NCBI GenBank assembly: GCA_963803805.1
Contig: CAWDOD010000006.1
Coordinates: forward strand, 96,001 to 160,000
From: an uncultured cyanobacterium
GTDB taxonomy: Bacteria > Cyanobacteriota > Cyanobacteriia > Cyanobacteriales > CAWCAG01
Length of the DNA stretch: 64,000 nt
Direction of reading: 5' to 3'
The position numbers were made by a program, and so were the translations under genes. The notes beneath the pieces were generated by a model. That model saw only the letters and a program-made list of their open reading frames with translations. It was not told the origin of the DNA and did not search any database. Within the stretch, counting starts at the first letter, position 1. Each line of letters begins with the position of its first letter. Below, piece by piece: positions 10,042 to 19,865 of this stretch.

Positions 10042-10287
10042 TTATGAAGCGACTGGCATTGGCTGGCGACTACCAAGCTTTCCCAAGGGATTGAGGCGGT
10101 TATAGGCTAACTCACGTGATTCCTGCTTGACTTTGCCTTCCATAGCTGCTTGCTGGAGAGACATAAAAGCAAGAAAATCTTGGTAGTCGTACTTCTGAGC
10201 TAAAAACTGTCTTAATCTATTCTCATCTTCTATGGTCAAATAACCGCTTTTTAGTGCTTTTTGGATTATTTCGCTCATTACACCCAT
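10042..10287 (-). CDS. Small conserved cyanobacterial protein, paralogous to the N-terminus of 9463..9981
   Basis: Shares the KALxxGYL...LQQAAMEGxVKQESREL motif; GAGGAG upstream. Confidence 0.8.
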   Translation of the reverse strand: MGVMSEIIQKALKSGYLTIEDENRLRQFLAQKYDYQDFLAFMSLQQAAMEGKVKQESRELAYNRLNPLGKLGSRQPMPVAS

Positions 10288-10661
10288 TACAATAAGGTCT
10301 CCTCAGTTGAAAGTTAAACAATTTTCCTACAGCACAAAGAAAGAAAAAACAAAATAGTCTTTAAGGATTCTAAAGATTTGAACCGTTTTTATCCTCTATC
10401 AAAGGAAATAAGTGCTGTACAGTTACAAATTATTAGAGATGACAGCCTTCACAGACTAGCTCAGAATCTTCTTTGTTCCGAGACTATTTTTCCAAGTTAA
10501 AGGTAGATTTGCTGCTACAATAATTAATCGCGATTTTCCGGAAAACTTTCTACTCTATGTAGCAAATACAGTTTTTTGCTCTGGATCGTATTTAATCGTA
10601 TAAGTTCAATTATTAAAAAAATTTTCTAAGCTGTCTGTAGCACTTGGGCATCTATAAAAAT

Positions 10662-11474
10662 ATGAAATCTTATTTAGCCGCCGCCATTCAAATGACAAGT
10701 AAACCAGATTTAGACAAAAATTTGGTTCAGGCAGAAGAATTAATAGAACTCGCTGTACGCCGTGGTGCTGAGTTGGTTGGTTTACCAGAAAATTTCTCTT
10801 TTCTCGGTACAGAAGCAAGTAAAATTGCTCAAGCACAGACGATCGCAGAAGCTACTGAGAAATTTCTCAAAACTATGGCTCAGCGTTTCCAAATCACTCT
10901 TCTCGGTGGTGGTTTCCCTGTCCCTGTGAATAGCAGCAAAGTTTACAATACCGCTTTGTTAATAGACTCTAGCGGTACAGAGTTGGCACGTTACGAAAAA
11001 GTCCATCTCTTTGATGTTAATTTACCCGACGGTAACACTTACCAAGAATCTAGTACCGTCATGGCTGGTAGTAAGCTACCTCCGGTATACCATTCCCCAG
11101 AGTTAGGTAACATTGGACTTTCTGTTTGCTACGATGTGCGCTTCCCCATGTTATATAGCCATTTAGCGAGCAAAGGTGCAGACTTAATGTTTATTCCTGC
11201 GGCTTTCACTGCCTACACTGGCAAAGATCACTGGCAAGTACTTCTCCAAGCAAGAGCAATTGAAAACACCTGTTATATAATCGCTCCAGCCCAAACTGGC
11301 ATCCACTACCAAATGCGCCAAACCCATGGTCATGCTCTGATTGTTGATCCCTGGGGTACTATTTTAGCCGATGCAGGGGAAAAACCAGGAGCGGCGATCG
11401 CCGAAATCAATCCTGAACGACTTCAACAAGTGAGGCGACAAATGCCTTGTTTAAACCATAGAGTATTTGCTTGA
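10662..11474 (+). CDS. Carbon-nitrogen hydrolase (Nit1-like, probable deaminated-glutathione amidase)
   Basis: LPENF, YEKVHLFDV and VCYDVRFP (E-K-C triad); ARAIEN. Confidence 0.9.
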   Translation: MKSYLAAAIQMTSKPDLDKNLVQAEELIELAVRRGAELVGLPENFSFLGTEASKIAQAQTIAEATEKFLKTMAQRFQITLLGGGFPVPVNSSKVYNTALLIDSSGTELARYEKVHLFDVNLPDGNTYQESSTVMAGSKLPPVYHSPELGNIGLSVCYDVRFPMLYSHLASKGADLMFIPAAFTAYTGKDHWQVLLQARAIENTCYIIAPAQTGIHYQMRQTHGHALIVDPWGTILADAGEKPGAAIAEINPERLQQVRRQMPCLNHRVFA

Positions 11475-11687
11475 ATTTAATGTCTATGTTGCTATATGTA
11501 AAGTTATACCTAGAGATGTCCAAAGTTTTGTAACTATCTCTAGACTAAGTTGTTGCTATTTTTATATATCTAAACTTCCTTTAAGGGCGAGGCCATAGTC
11601 CCTAAAAAATCGTTTTTAATGCCTACAAAGAGATTGGTTCACTTATTCAGTATCTTTTATACCTTAAGGTAGACAGGCATAATCTAA

Positions 11688-11948
11688 ATGGATAACGACC
11701 CAGAAACAGGCATTTTAACAAAAGCATTTCGTCAAGAGCGTTCCGTACGCCGTACTATGTCGCTTCTAGAAACAAAACGGCAGCGAATGCGAGACGACTT
11801 ACGACAAATGCTTTTACATATGAGTTTACTGATTCCTTCTGCCACAGCAGGAGAAATTGACTGGGAAGTATTGCAAGAAGCCTTGGGAAGGCTAGGTGAT
11901 GAACCTTTTGCTCAGTTGGCTTTACAGATTTTGCAAGAAATTCATTAA
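11688..11948 (+). CDS. Hypothetical protein
   Basis: 86-aa ORF with ATG start and plausible helical composition. Confidence 0.6.
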   Translation: MDNDPETGILTKAFRQERSVRRTMSLLETKRQRMRDDLRQMLLHMSLLIPSATAGEIDWEVLQEALGRLGDEPFAQLALQILQEIH

Positions 11949-12125
11949 TGTTTTTAGCTATTAGTTTTACTCTGTTGACTTGTTACGGTTCCTTTTTCTG
12001 TCAACCAACGTATCTACGACACAACTAAAGAAGAACAGTATTGGGTATATCTTGGCTTACCATTTCTCTCTTCATTTGTTTTTTAGAATGGGGAACCAAG
12101 ATTTTTTAAACAAATAATTATTTTC

Positions 12126-12141
12126 TGTATCTAAATATACA
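12126..12141. promoter_or_regulatory. NtcA-binding site
   Basis: TGTA-TCTAAATA-TACA is a perfect GTA-N8-TAC with flanking T/A, upstream of the DUF4278 genes. Confidence 0.65.
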
Positions 12142-12397
12142 TTTTTGCTGGCTCAAGTTAAGCTTTCTTGATAAATTAGTATCAGGTGAATAAACATAAA
12201 TCAACTCAATTCCCTGTCATGAAAAGGTTTTGAGGTTTGCCTACTCGCAAATGCTCAAATTTTCTAATTAGTTGCAGCTTTTTTGTAAAAATGTCACAAT
12301 AGATACAGAAATAAATTACGACAACAAGTAAAGAGCTTCTGGATTTACAAAAAGAAAAGAAAGCATTCCACAACAATAATATTTTTGGAGGGTACAA

Positions 12398-12577
12398 ATG
12401 AAACTTACTTATCGTGGTATCAATTATGAATCTCATCCCCATGACTTAGAAGTTGCAGAAGGGGAAATCGGGGGAAAATACCGTGGACGTGAATGGAGAG
12501 TACACCGCGTCAAAGGTGCTACTCGCAGTAAACCATCAGGTAAATTTACTTATCGCGGCATTACCTATACTCATTAA
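12398..12577 (+). CDS. DUF4278-family small protein (59 aa; not in ORF track)
   Basis: Manual translation MKLTYRGINYESHPHDLEVAEGEIGGKYRGREWRVHRVKGATRSKPSGKFTYRGITYTH*; GGAGG ribosome-binding site; YRG repeats. Confidence 0.88.
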   Translation: MKLTYRGINYESHPHDLEVAEGEIGGKYRGREWRVHRVKGATRSKPSGKFTYRGITYTH

Positions 12578-12613
12578 ATAAGCTTAATATCTATAGCATT
12601 TGGAGGTGAAGAA

Positions 12614-13027
12614 ATGAAATATTGCTATCGCGGTGTTAGTTATGAACGCGAACCTTTATCTTTGGAAGTAACTGAAGGAGAAATTGGCGGCAAGTATCGC
12701 GGCAAGGAATGGAAGCATCACTATCCCAAACACATTCCTCAACTCGCCCCTAAATCAAATTTGCAGTATCGTGGCATTCGCTACAACCGTTATCCTGCAA
12801 TCCAAACAGAAGCACGGAAAGCATTTGAATTAGCAGAACTTAGCCGTCAACAAATCAGAAGAAGAAAGAAGCCAACTCAAAGAACGGCTCAAGAATTAAC
12901 CAAAGCCCATTTAAAAAATATTCGCCATAACCTGGAACACAGGATTCAAGTTGCCAAATCTAATGGCGATGAAAACCTGGTTCGTATATTAGAAGAAGAA
13001 GGTAAGGAATTGACTTTATCCATGTAA
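12614..13027 (+). CDS. DUF4278-domain protein with a PirA-like C-terminal helical region
   Basis: YRGVSY, KYRG and QYRG repeats; C-terminal HLKNIRHNLEHRIQVAKSNGDENLVRILEEE; GGAGG ribosome-binding site. Confidence 0.82.
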   Translation: MKYCYRGVSYEREPLSLEVTEGEIGGKYRGKEWKHHYPKHIPQLAPKSNLQYRGIRYNRYPAIQTEARKAFELAELSRQQIRRRKKPTQRTAQELTKAHLKNIRHNLEHRIQVAKSNGDENLVRILEEEGKELTLSM

Positions 13028-13182
13028 GATTTAAAGTTAATAAAAGTTAGCCAAAAAGGAAAGGAGCGACTCTTTAGATAAGTTTCGCTCTTTTTTAGTT
13101 TCCGATGAACAGCAAAATAGTGCCAAATTTCGTAAATTGAGATATTTAAGCTGAAACCAGGTTTTAGAGGAGACAGAATTTA

Positions 13183-15786
13183 ATGCTCGAAAAATATCGC
13201 CAACAGGTTGCGGAAAGGGGTGCATTAGGAATTCCCCCTCTCCCTTTAGATGCTGAACAAACTGCCCAGTTATGCGAATTACTTAAAGATCCTCCGGCAA
13301 CAGAAGAGGAGGCACTTTTAGCTATGTTGCGCGATCGCGTTCCCCCTGGGGTGGATCAGGCAGCTTATGTTAAGGCTAGTTTCCTAACTTCTGTGGCTAA
13401 AGGGGAGGTGAAATGTCCTCTCATTGCTCCAACGGAAGCTGTGGAACTTTTAGGAACGATGGTAGGAGGTTATAATGTACAATCTTTGGTAGATTTACTT
13501 TCTGCTGAGGCTGAATTAGCGACGGTTGCGGCTCAAGCTTTGAGTAAAACTCTCTTAGTTTACGACTCTTTTCATGATGTTCTTGAACTGGCTGAAACTA
13601 ACTCCTATGCAAAACAGGTAGTTGATGCTTGGGCAAACGCGGAGTGGTTTACTACTCGCCCGGAACTACCAGAAGCAATTACTATCACAGTATTTAAAGT
13701 ACCTGGGGAAACCAACACCGATGATTTATCTCCTGCACCCCACGCCACTACCCGCCCGGATATTCCTCTTCATGCTTTGGTGATGCTGGAATCTAGTATG
13801 CCAGAAGGTCTTAACACCATTGCTAAATTAAAAGAAAAAGGACATCCTGTGGCTTATGTTGGGGATGTGGTTGGTACGGGTTCTTCTCGTAAATCTGCCA
13901 TTAACTCCGTACTTTGGCACTTAGGAGAGGATATTCCCTTTGTCCCTAATAAAAGGGCTGGAGGTTATATCTTAGGTGGTGCGATCGCGCCGATTTTTTT
14001 CAACACTGCTGAAGATTCTGGGGCTTTGCCCATTGAGTGCGATGTTACCAAGATGAATACCGGGGATGTAATTACTATTCATCCTTACAAAGGGGAAATC
14101 ACCAACGAAGCAGGGGAAGTTATTTCTACCTTTAAACTAAAACCGGAAACTATCACCGATGAAGTCAGGGCGGGAGGGCGCATTCCTCTATTAATTGGCC
14201 GTGGTTTAACAGATAAAACCCGCGCTGCATTAGGTTTAGAACCTAGCCCCCTCTTCATTCGCCCCACCCCTCCCCAAGACACAGGCAAAGGCTTCACCTT
14301 AGCACAAAAAATGGTTGGCAAAGCTTGTGGTGTTGCTGGGGTGCGTCCAGGACAAAGTTGTGAACCACTCATGACAACCGTTGGTTCCCAAGATACCACA
14401 GGACCGATGACTCGTGATGAATTGAAGGAGTTAGCCTGTTTAGGTTTCAGTGCCGATTTAGTCTTGCAAACCTTCTGTCATACTGCTGCTTATCCTAAAC
14501 CTGTTGATGTCACCACCCACAAAAACTTACCAGATTTCTTTGCTGTAAGGGGTGGAGTTGCTTTGCGTCCTGGAGATGGTATCATTCACTCTTGGTTAAA
14601 CCGGATGCTTTTACCAGACACTGTAGGTACTGGCGGAGATTCCCACACTCGCTTCCCCTTGGGTATTTCTTTCCCGGCTGGTTCTGGTTTAGTAGCTTTC
14701 GCTGCGGCATTGGGGGCTATGCCTTTGGATATGCCGGAGTCAGTGTTAGTACGCTTCACCGGGGATTTACAACCAGGAGTCACTTTACGGGACATTGTTA
14801 ACGCCATTCCCTATGTGGCCATGCAAGAAGGTAAATTAACCGTTGCTAAGGAGAACAAAAAAAATGTCTTCTCCGGCAGGGTAATGGAAATGGAAGGTTT
14901 GCCGGATCTCAAAGTAGAACAAGCTTTTGAACTTACTGATGCCACCGCCGAACGTTCCTGTTCTGGTTCTACTATTAAGTTAGGAGAAGAGACAGTGAAA
15001 GAGTATTTGCATTCTAACATTGCCCTCTTGAAAAACATGGCAGCGAGGGGTTACTCAGATGCCCGTACTTTAATGCGTCGGGTTGCCAAAATGGAACAAT
15101 GGCTAGCCAACCCTGAATTAATGTCTGCTGATGAGGATGCAGAGTATGCAGATGTAGTTGAAGTTAACTTAAATGAAATTAAAGAACCCATTGTTGCTGC
15201 CCCCAATGATCCCGACAATATTAAGTTAATGTCCGAATGCAGCGGAGATAAGATTGATGAAGTTTTCATCGGTTCTTGCATGACTAATATCGGTCATTAC
15301 CGCGCTGCTGCTAAGGTATTAGAAGCCGGTAAGGTTAAGGTACGCTTGTGGGTTTGTCCTCCTACCCGCATGGATGAGAAGCAGTTGCGAGAAGAAGGGA
15401 TTTATGGCGTGTTTGCTGCTGCTGGGGCCAGGACAGAAATGCCAGGTTGTTCTTTGTGTATGGGGAACCAAGCTAGGGTTGAAGACGGGGCTACAGTCTT
15501 TTCTACCTCCACCCGCAACTTCAACAACCGCATGGGTAAAGGGGCAAGGGTATACCTGGGTTCAGCGGAGTTGGCGGCTGTGTGTGCTTTGTTGGGGCGC
15601 ATCCCTTCTGTTGAGGAGTATTTAGAGATTGTCAAGGAAAAAATCGACCCCTTTGCCGGAGAGTTATACCGCTATCTTAACTTTGACCAAATTTCTGGCT
15701 TTGAAGATGAAGGTAGGGTAATTGCTTTAGAAGATATGCCTAAGATTGAAGATATTTTAGGTATGCCTGTGGGGAGTGGGAAGTAA
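13183..15786 (+). CDS. acnB: Aconitate hydratase B
   Basis: [58 protein letters not shown]. Confidence 0.98.
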   Translation: MLEKYRQQVAERGALGIPPLPLDAEQTAQLCELLKDPPATEEEALLAMLRDRVPPGVDQAAYVKASFLTSVAKGEVKCPLIAPTEAVELLGTMVGGYNVQSLVDLLSAEAELATVAAQALSKTLLVYDSFHDVLELAETNSYAKQVVDAWANAEWFTTRPELPEAITITVFKVPGETNTDDLSPAPHATTRPDIPLHALVMLESSMPEGLNTIAKLKEKGHPVAYVGDVVGTGSSRKSAINSVLWHLGEDIPFVPNKRAGGYILGGAIAPIFFNTAEDSGALPIECDVTKMNTGDVITIHPYKGEITNEAGEVISTFKLKPETITDEVRAGGRIPLLIGRGLTDKTRAALGLEPSPLFIRPTPPQDTGKGFTLAQKMVGKACGVAGVRPGQSCEPLMTTVGSQDTTGPMTRDELKELACLGFSADLVLQTFCHTAAYPKPVDVTTHKNLPDFFAVRGGVALRPGDGIIHSWLNRMLLPDTVGTGGDSHTRFPLGISFPAGSGLVAFAAALGAMPLDMPESVLVRFTGDLQPGVTLRDIVNAIPYVAMQEGKLTVAKENKKNVFSGRVMEMEGLPDLKVEQAFELTDATAERSCSGSTIKLGEETVKEYLHSNIALLKNMAARGYSDARTLMRRVAKMEQWLANPELMSADEDAEYADVVEVNLNEIKEPIVAAPNDPDNIKLMSECSGDKIDEVFIGSCMTNIGHYRAAAKVLEAGKVKVRLWVCPPTRMDEKQLREEGIYGVFAAAGARTEMPGCSLCMGNQARVEDGATVFSTSTRNFNNRMGKGARVYLGSAELAAVCALLGRIPSVEEYLEIVKEKIDPFAGELYRYLNFDQISGFEDEGRVIALEDMPKIEDILGMPVGSGK

Positions 15787-15807
15787 GATTATTTAACCTC
15801 TCTCCCA

Positions 15808-15832
15808 GCCCCTCTCCTGACAGGAGAGGGGC
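15808..15832. repeat. GC-rich 12-bp inverted repeat (small dispersed repeat or terminator)
   Basis: gcccctctcctg-a-caggagaggggc directly after acnB. Confidence 0.7.
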
Positions 15833-15837
15833 GTTAG

Positions 15838-15914
15838 AGTTGCTAGTTGCTAGTTGCTAGTTGCTAGTTGCTAGTTGCTAGTTGCTAGTTGCTAGTTGCT
15901 AGTTGCTAGTTGCT
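15838..15914 (+). repeat. Heptamer tandem repeat (AGTTGCT)x11, STRR-type
   Basis: 11 perfect copies followed by degenerate aatggct and agtcgct. Confidence 0.95.
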
Positions 15915-15986
15915 AATGGCTAGTCGCTTGCCTATTGCCTTCAGGTTAATATTAATTACCCTACAGAGGACGGATTTGGTATAAGT

Positions 15987-18483
15987 ATGAAGCGAGATGA
16001 GTTGCTGCGGGTAATTGAAGAGGCGGCTAAGACGGGGGCCAAGGAGTTGGATCTGGCGGGGCATGATCTGACGGAGTTGCCAGCAGAAATAGTCCAACTC
16101 ACTAACCTCACTTCCCTTAACCTGACGAGTAACCAGCTAGGGGAACTACCAGCGGAAATAGGGCAACTCACTAACCTCACTTCCCTTTACCTGAGTTATA
16201 ACCAGCTAGGGGAACTACCAGCAGAAATAGTCCAACTCACTAACCTCACTTCCCTTTACCTGAGTGATAATCAGCTAGGGGAACTACCAGCAGAAATAGG
16301 GCAACTCACTAACCTCACCTCCCTTAACCTGAGTTATAACCAGCTAGGGGAACTACCAGCAGAAATAGGGCAACTCACTAACCTCACCTCCCTTAACCTG
16401 AGTTATAACCAGCTAGGGGAACTACCAGCAGAAATAGGGCAACTCACTAACCTCACCTCCCTTAACCTGAGTTATAACCAGCTAGGGGAACTACCAGCAG
16501 AAATAGTCCAACTCACTAACCTCACTTCCCTTTACCTGAGAAATAATCAGCTAGGGGAACTACCAGCAGAAATAGTCCAACTCACTAACCTCACTTCCCT
16601 TTACCTGAGAAATAATCAGCTAGGGGAACTACCAGCAGAAATTCGCCAACTGCCACAACTCGAAACACTCGACCTACGGGGCAATCCCTTGCCCATTGCT
16701 CCAGAAATACTTGGCCCCAAAGAAATATATAAAGATCCTGGCGACATCAACGCCATCCTTGACTTCTACTTCGCCACCCAAGACCCCAAGGCCACAGAAA
16801 AACTCTACGAAGCTAAATTTCTCATCGTTGGGGAAGGGGGGGCAGGGAAAACCTCCCTGGCTAAAAAGATCCAAGAATCCTGAATACCAACTCGACCCCG
16901 AAGAAGACTCTACCCACGGCATAGAAGTAATTGAGTGGCGCTTTCCCCTTGATGAGGGGCAAGAATTTCGTGCTAACCTCTGGGACTTTGGGGGGCAGGA
17001 AATTTACCACCAAACTCACCAGTTTTTCCTTACTGAACGCTCTCTCTATGCCCTGGTGGCGGACACTCGTAAGGAAAATACTGACTTTCCCTACTGGCTT
17101 AATTCCATTGAACTATTCGGGGGGGATAGCCCGGTACTTTTAATTAAAAACGAAAAAAATGACCGACCCTGCAATGTTAATGAGGGAAGGCTGCAAAGGG
17201 ACTTTCATTACATTAAAGAAATCTTACCCACCAACCTTAAAGATGGTCGCGGTTTAGAAGAGATTAAAACCGCCATCCGCTATCACATTAGCCGCCTGGA
17301 ATATGTGGGTACTCCCTTACCTAAAAAATGGGCGCGGGTGCGTTATGCCCTGGAAAATGATGCCCGCAACTATATTGAACAGAGTGATTACTTTGCCCTC
17401 TGCCTCCGTAATGGAGTGAGGGAGAGAGAAGAAATGCTGCAAATTAGTGACTTCCTCCATAAACTGGGCATCTGTCTCCACTTCCAACAAGACTCCACCC
17501 TGAAACATATCGTCATTCTCCGCCCAGAGTGGGCCACCAATGCCGTTTATGCGGTGGTTAAAAACAACAAAGTTGCGGCTGCAAAAGGTTTGTTTACTCG
17601 TTCTGACCTTAAAGAAATTTGGCAAGAGAGGCAATACGCCTACATGGAAGATGAACTGCTGCAACTAATGCAGAATTTCAAACTCTGTTACCCCATCCCC
17701 GGTTTACCACAACATTACATCGCCCCGCAATTACTGGAATTTGAACCACCGGATTATGATTGGGAAGAGAAAAACAATTTAATGCTGCGCTATGAATATG
17801 AGTTCATGCCCAAGGGCGTCATTACCCAACTTATCGTCCGGCTTTATCGCTGGATTGAACAACAGCAACTAGTTTGGCGTAGCGGTGTCGTCCTTAACAA
17901 TAGTCGCGCCCGCGCCGAAGTCATCGAAACCTACCGCCCCTACAAAGGGGAAATCTGCCTCCAGGTTTCCGGTATCCATAATAAAGAACTTCTCAGCGTG
18001 GTGGCTAACGAAATTGACCAAATAAATAGTTCTTTTGAAAGAATAGATGTTAGTAAAAAGATTCCCTGTAACTGTAAAGAATGCCAAAATGAGCCAGAAC
18101 CCTATTTCTTTAAGTTAGAAACCCTCTATCGCGCCCTTGATAAAAAGCGTTATATAATCGATTGCCACAAAAGCTTTGAAGATGTCAATGTTCGCAGCTT
18201 AACGGCTGTGGTAGAAGGTGATTTATTTTCAGGGGAAGAGAAAAAACAATTCCAGCAAGCAAGGTTTGAACGCTTAAAAGAGCGGCATACTGAATATTAT
18301 CAACCTAATTCTAAAACCATGAGTTCTAAATTCCACATCAGCGCCGATAATGTGCAAATTGTTGAAAATATCGCTCAGGGGGATGCTGTCATTCACAAAT
18401 ACGCTAACAACCCCGAAGTCAAGACAGCCCTCGATGACTTATTAAAATTCCTCAAAGACTTACAACAGAATCCCTTCCCTTAA
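15987..18483 (+). pseudogene. LRR-Roc-COR (Roco) GTPase, split by a frameshift near 16875 and apparently truncated at the C-terminus
   Basis: ORF 15987..16883 has the LRRs and P-loop GEGGAGKTS; the frame of 16696..18483 continues with STHGI (G2), WDFGGQ (G3), NEKND (G4) and a COR region with IPCNC. Confidence 0.8.
16080..16631 (+). repeat. Eight near-identical 69-bp tandem repeats encoding 23-aa LRRs
   Basis: Units start ccagc(a/g)gaaatag at 16080, 16149, 16218, 16287, 16356, 16425, 16494 and 16563. Confidence 0.93.
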
Positions 18484-18870
18484 GCAATAACGTTCAATTA
18501 ATAAAATCGCCACAATATCATCTACCGGACGAGGAGGCAAGCGCATCCCTTGGGGAATCAAGCGTTTTAGCCCTTGGGGAGGATACATTTCCCAATAGCG
18601 ATCGCGGGCTTCCAAGGTAGAGTACCTCTCATCTACCATCACTATTGATACATCAGTAGTTAGTTTTTCTGCTAGTTTTTGTTTCCATTGTTTAGAAGTG
18701 GTTTGATTCCCCATAACTAAAAGCTTCACACCATATTTATGACACAAAGTATTAATAGAAGTGATCGCTTCTGATGAGGCGACAACCTCATGGTAAAGTA
18801 ATTCGCCGGGTTCTTTTTTAACAGCAACACCACATTTATCTTTTCCTGGATCAAAACCTAAAATAGCCAC
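18460..18870 (-). CDS. yqgF: YqgF/RuvX-like RNase H-fold nuclease (pre-16S rRNA processing family)
   Basis: ILGFDPGKDKCGVAV, VDERYSTLEAR, VDDIVA. Confidence 0.85.
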   Translation of the reverse strand: MAILGFDPGKDKCGVAVKKEPGELLYHEVVASSEAITSINTLCHKYGVKLLVMGNQTTSKQWKQKLAEKLTTDVSIVMVDERYSTLEARDRYWEMYPPQGLKRLIPQGMRLPPRPVDDIVAILLIERYCLREGILL

Positions 18871-19190
18871 GACTTAATTATTCATATAATTGTTTATACC
18901 CAATGTACCTAATGTAATCGGGGTTGCGATCGCCGTCTTATTCTCTTCAAAATAAATCCCTAAATTGCCTAAGTACTTCGGTTTAATAAGGGCGATCGCC
19001 TAATAATACAAGTTTCGTTATGAGGTTTAATCACCTGAAACCAATAAATATGTACTAATAAAAAACAGTTTTAATCAGAAACAAACCAGCAATTACTATG
19101 CTTTAGGTATTAGGCTTCCCGAAACATCCGGTGCTAGGATGAAATGACTTTTAATAGCTATTATCTAATTGGCTTAGAGTTAATTTAAGA

Positions 19191-19706
19191 ATGTCTTTTG
19201 TACCCCATTCCTTTGACGATCGTCCTCGTCGTAAACTACAGCAAGTACCGACGAATTATCGGGACACTAATAGTCCTTTAAAAAAGGAAACTCCTTCGGA
19301 TCGTCTTGCCACAAACTCCAGAGTAGAAAAACTCCCCCTTCGAGTTAACAAAGTTCCTGGTTGGTTAAAAGCGCTATTTTTTATTCAGAAAAGCTCTTCC
19401 CTAACCGCTTTTGCCTTAGTAAGCTTAACCTTAGTTGTTTATGCTTGGACTGTATACACTCAACAACTTTGGAGTAAGGAATACAAAAAACTAGAATATT
19501 TGCAAAGCATAGAAAGACAATTAGTCAAAGCCTTAACAGGCATGGAAAACTATCATGCTCAACAAGCAGAAAAACCTGAAAGTGGTTTAAGACATTCTCG
19601 CCCCTTAGTGTTGCCTCCATCTTCAGAAGAACCAACTATCCGCCCCTCCGAAGAGCCTATTTCTCAACAAGTACTGCAAGATAATACGCCACCTTTGGGA
19701 TACTAA
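19191..19706 (+). CDS. Single-TM coiled-coil protein upstream of ftsI (FtsL-like candidate)
   Basis: Cytoplasmic N-terminus, one TM (LTAFALVSLTLVVYAW), then a heptad coil; gene position. Confidence 0.6.
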   Translation: MSFVPHSFDDRPRRKLQQVPTNYRDTNSPLKKETPSDRLATNSRVEKLPLRVNKVPGWLKALFFIQKSSSLTAFALVSLTLVVYAWTVYTQQLWSKEYKKLEYLQSIERQLVKALTGMENYHAQQAEKPESGLRHSRPLVLPPSSEEPTIRPSEEPISQQVLQDNTPPLGY

Positions 19707-19865
19707 AAACAATTCCTCAGTTTACTTAATGGCTAACTCCAAATTGCGTAGTTTCCCCCCAGAAAAAAGCGCCAACCTCAACCAGAATCACCTTCGGCTA
19801 ATCGAGAAACTACGCCAACCCCAGAAAAATCCCGTCTTTTCTCTAGCCAAAAAACTCGGTTACTA

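Noticed and set aside
12150-12397. Glutamine riboswitch upstream of the DUF4278 genes
   Set aside because: Expected from context, but no CGTT...GGAAGTAAG...GAAGGAACG-type core could be found by eye.
14085-15635. Several antisense and alternate-frame ORFs within acnB (similar ones occur inside other long genes)
   Set aside because: Shadow ORFs of a well-conserved gene, without RBS or recognisable motifs.
15838-16631. CRISPR array
   Set aside because: The repeats are contiguous 7-mers and in-frame 69-bp coding units with no unique spacers; no cas genes in the window.
16080-16631. Diversity-generating retroelement target (AAC/TAC variation)
   Set aside because: No reverse transcriptase or separate template repeat in the window, and the differences are not confined to adenines.
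18871-19000. Possible decayed gene fragment on the minus strand (LGNLGIYFEENKTAIA, faintly Uma2-like)
   Set aside because: Short, no start codon, bounded by stops; the similarity is too weak to support.
19043-19056. LexA-like box AATAAATATGTACT
   Set aside because: Two mismatches in AT-rich DNA and no clear promoter context.
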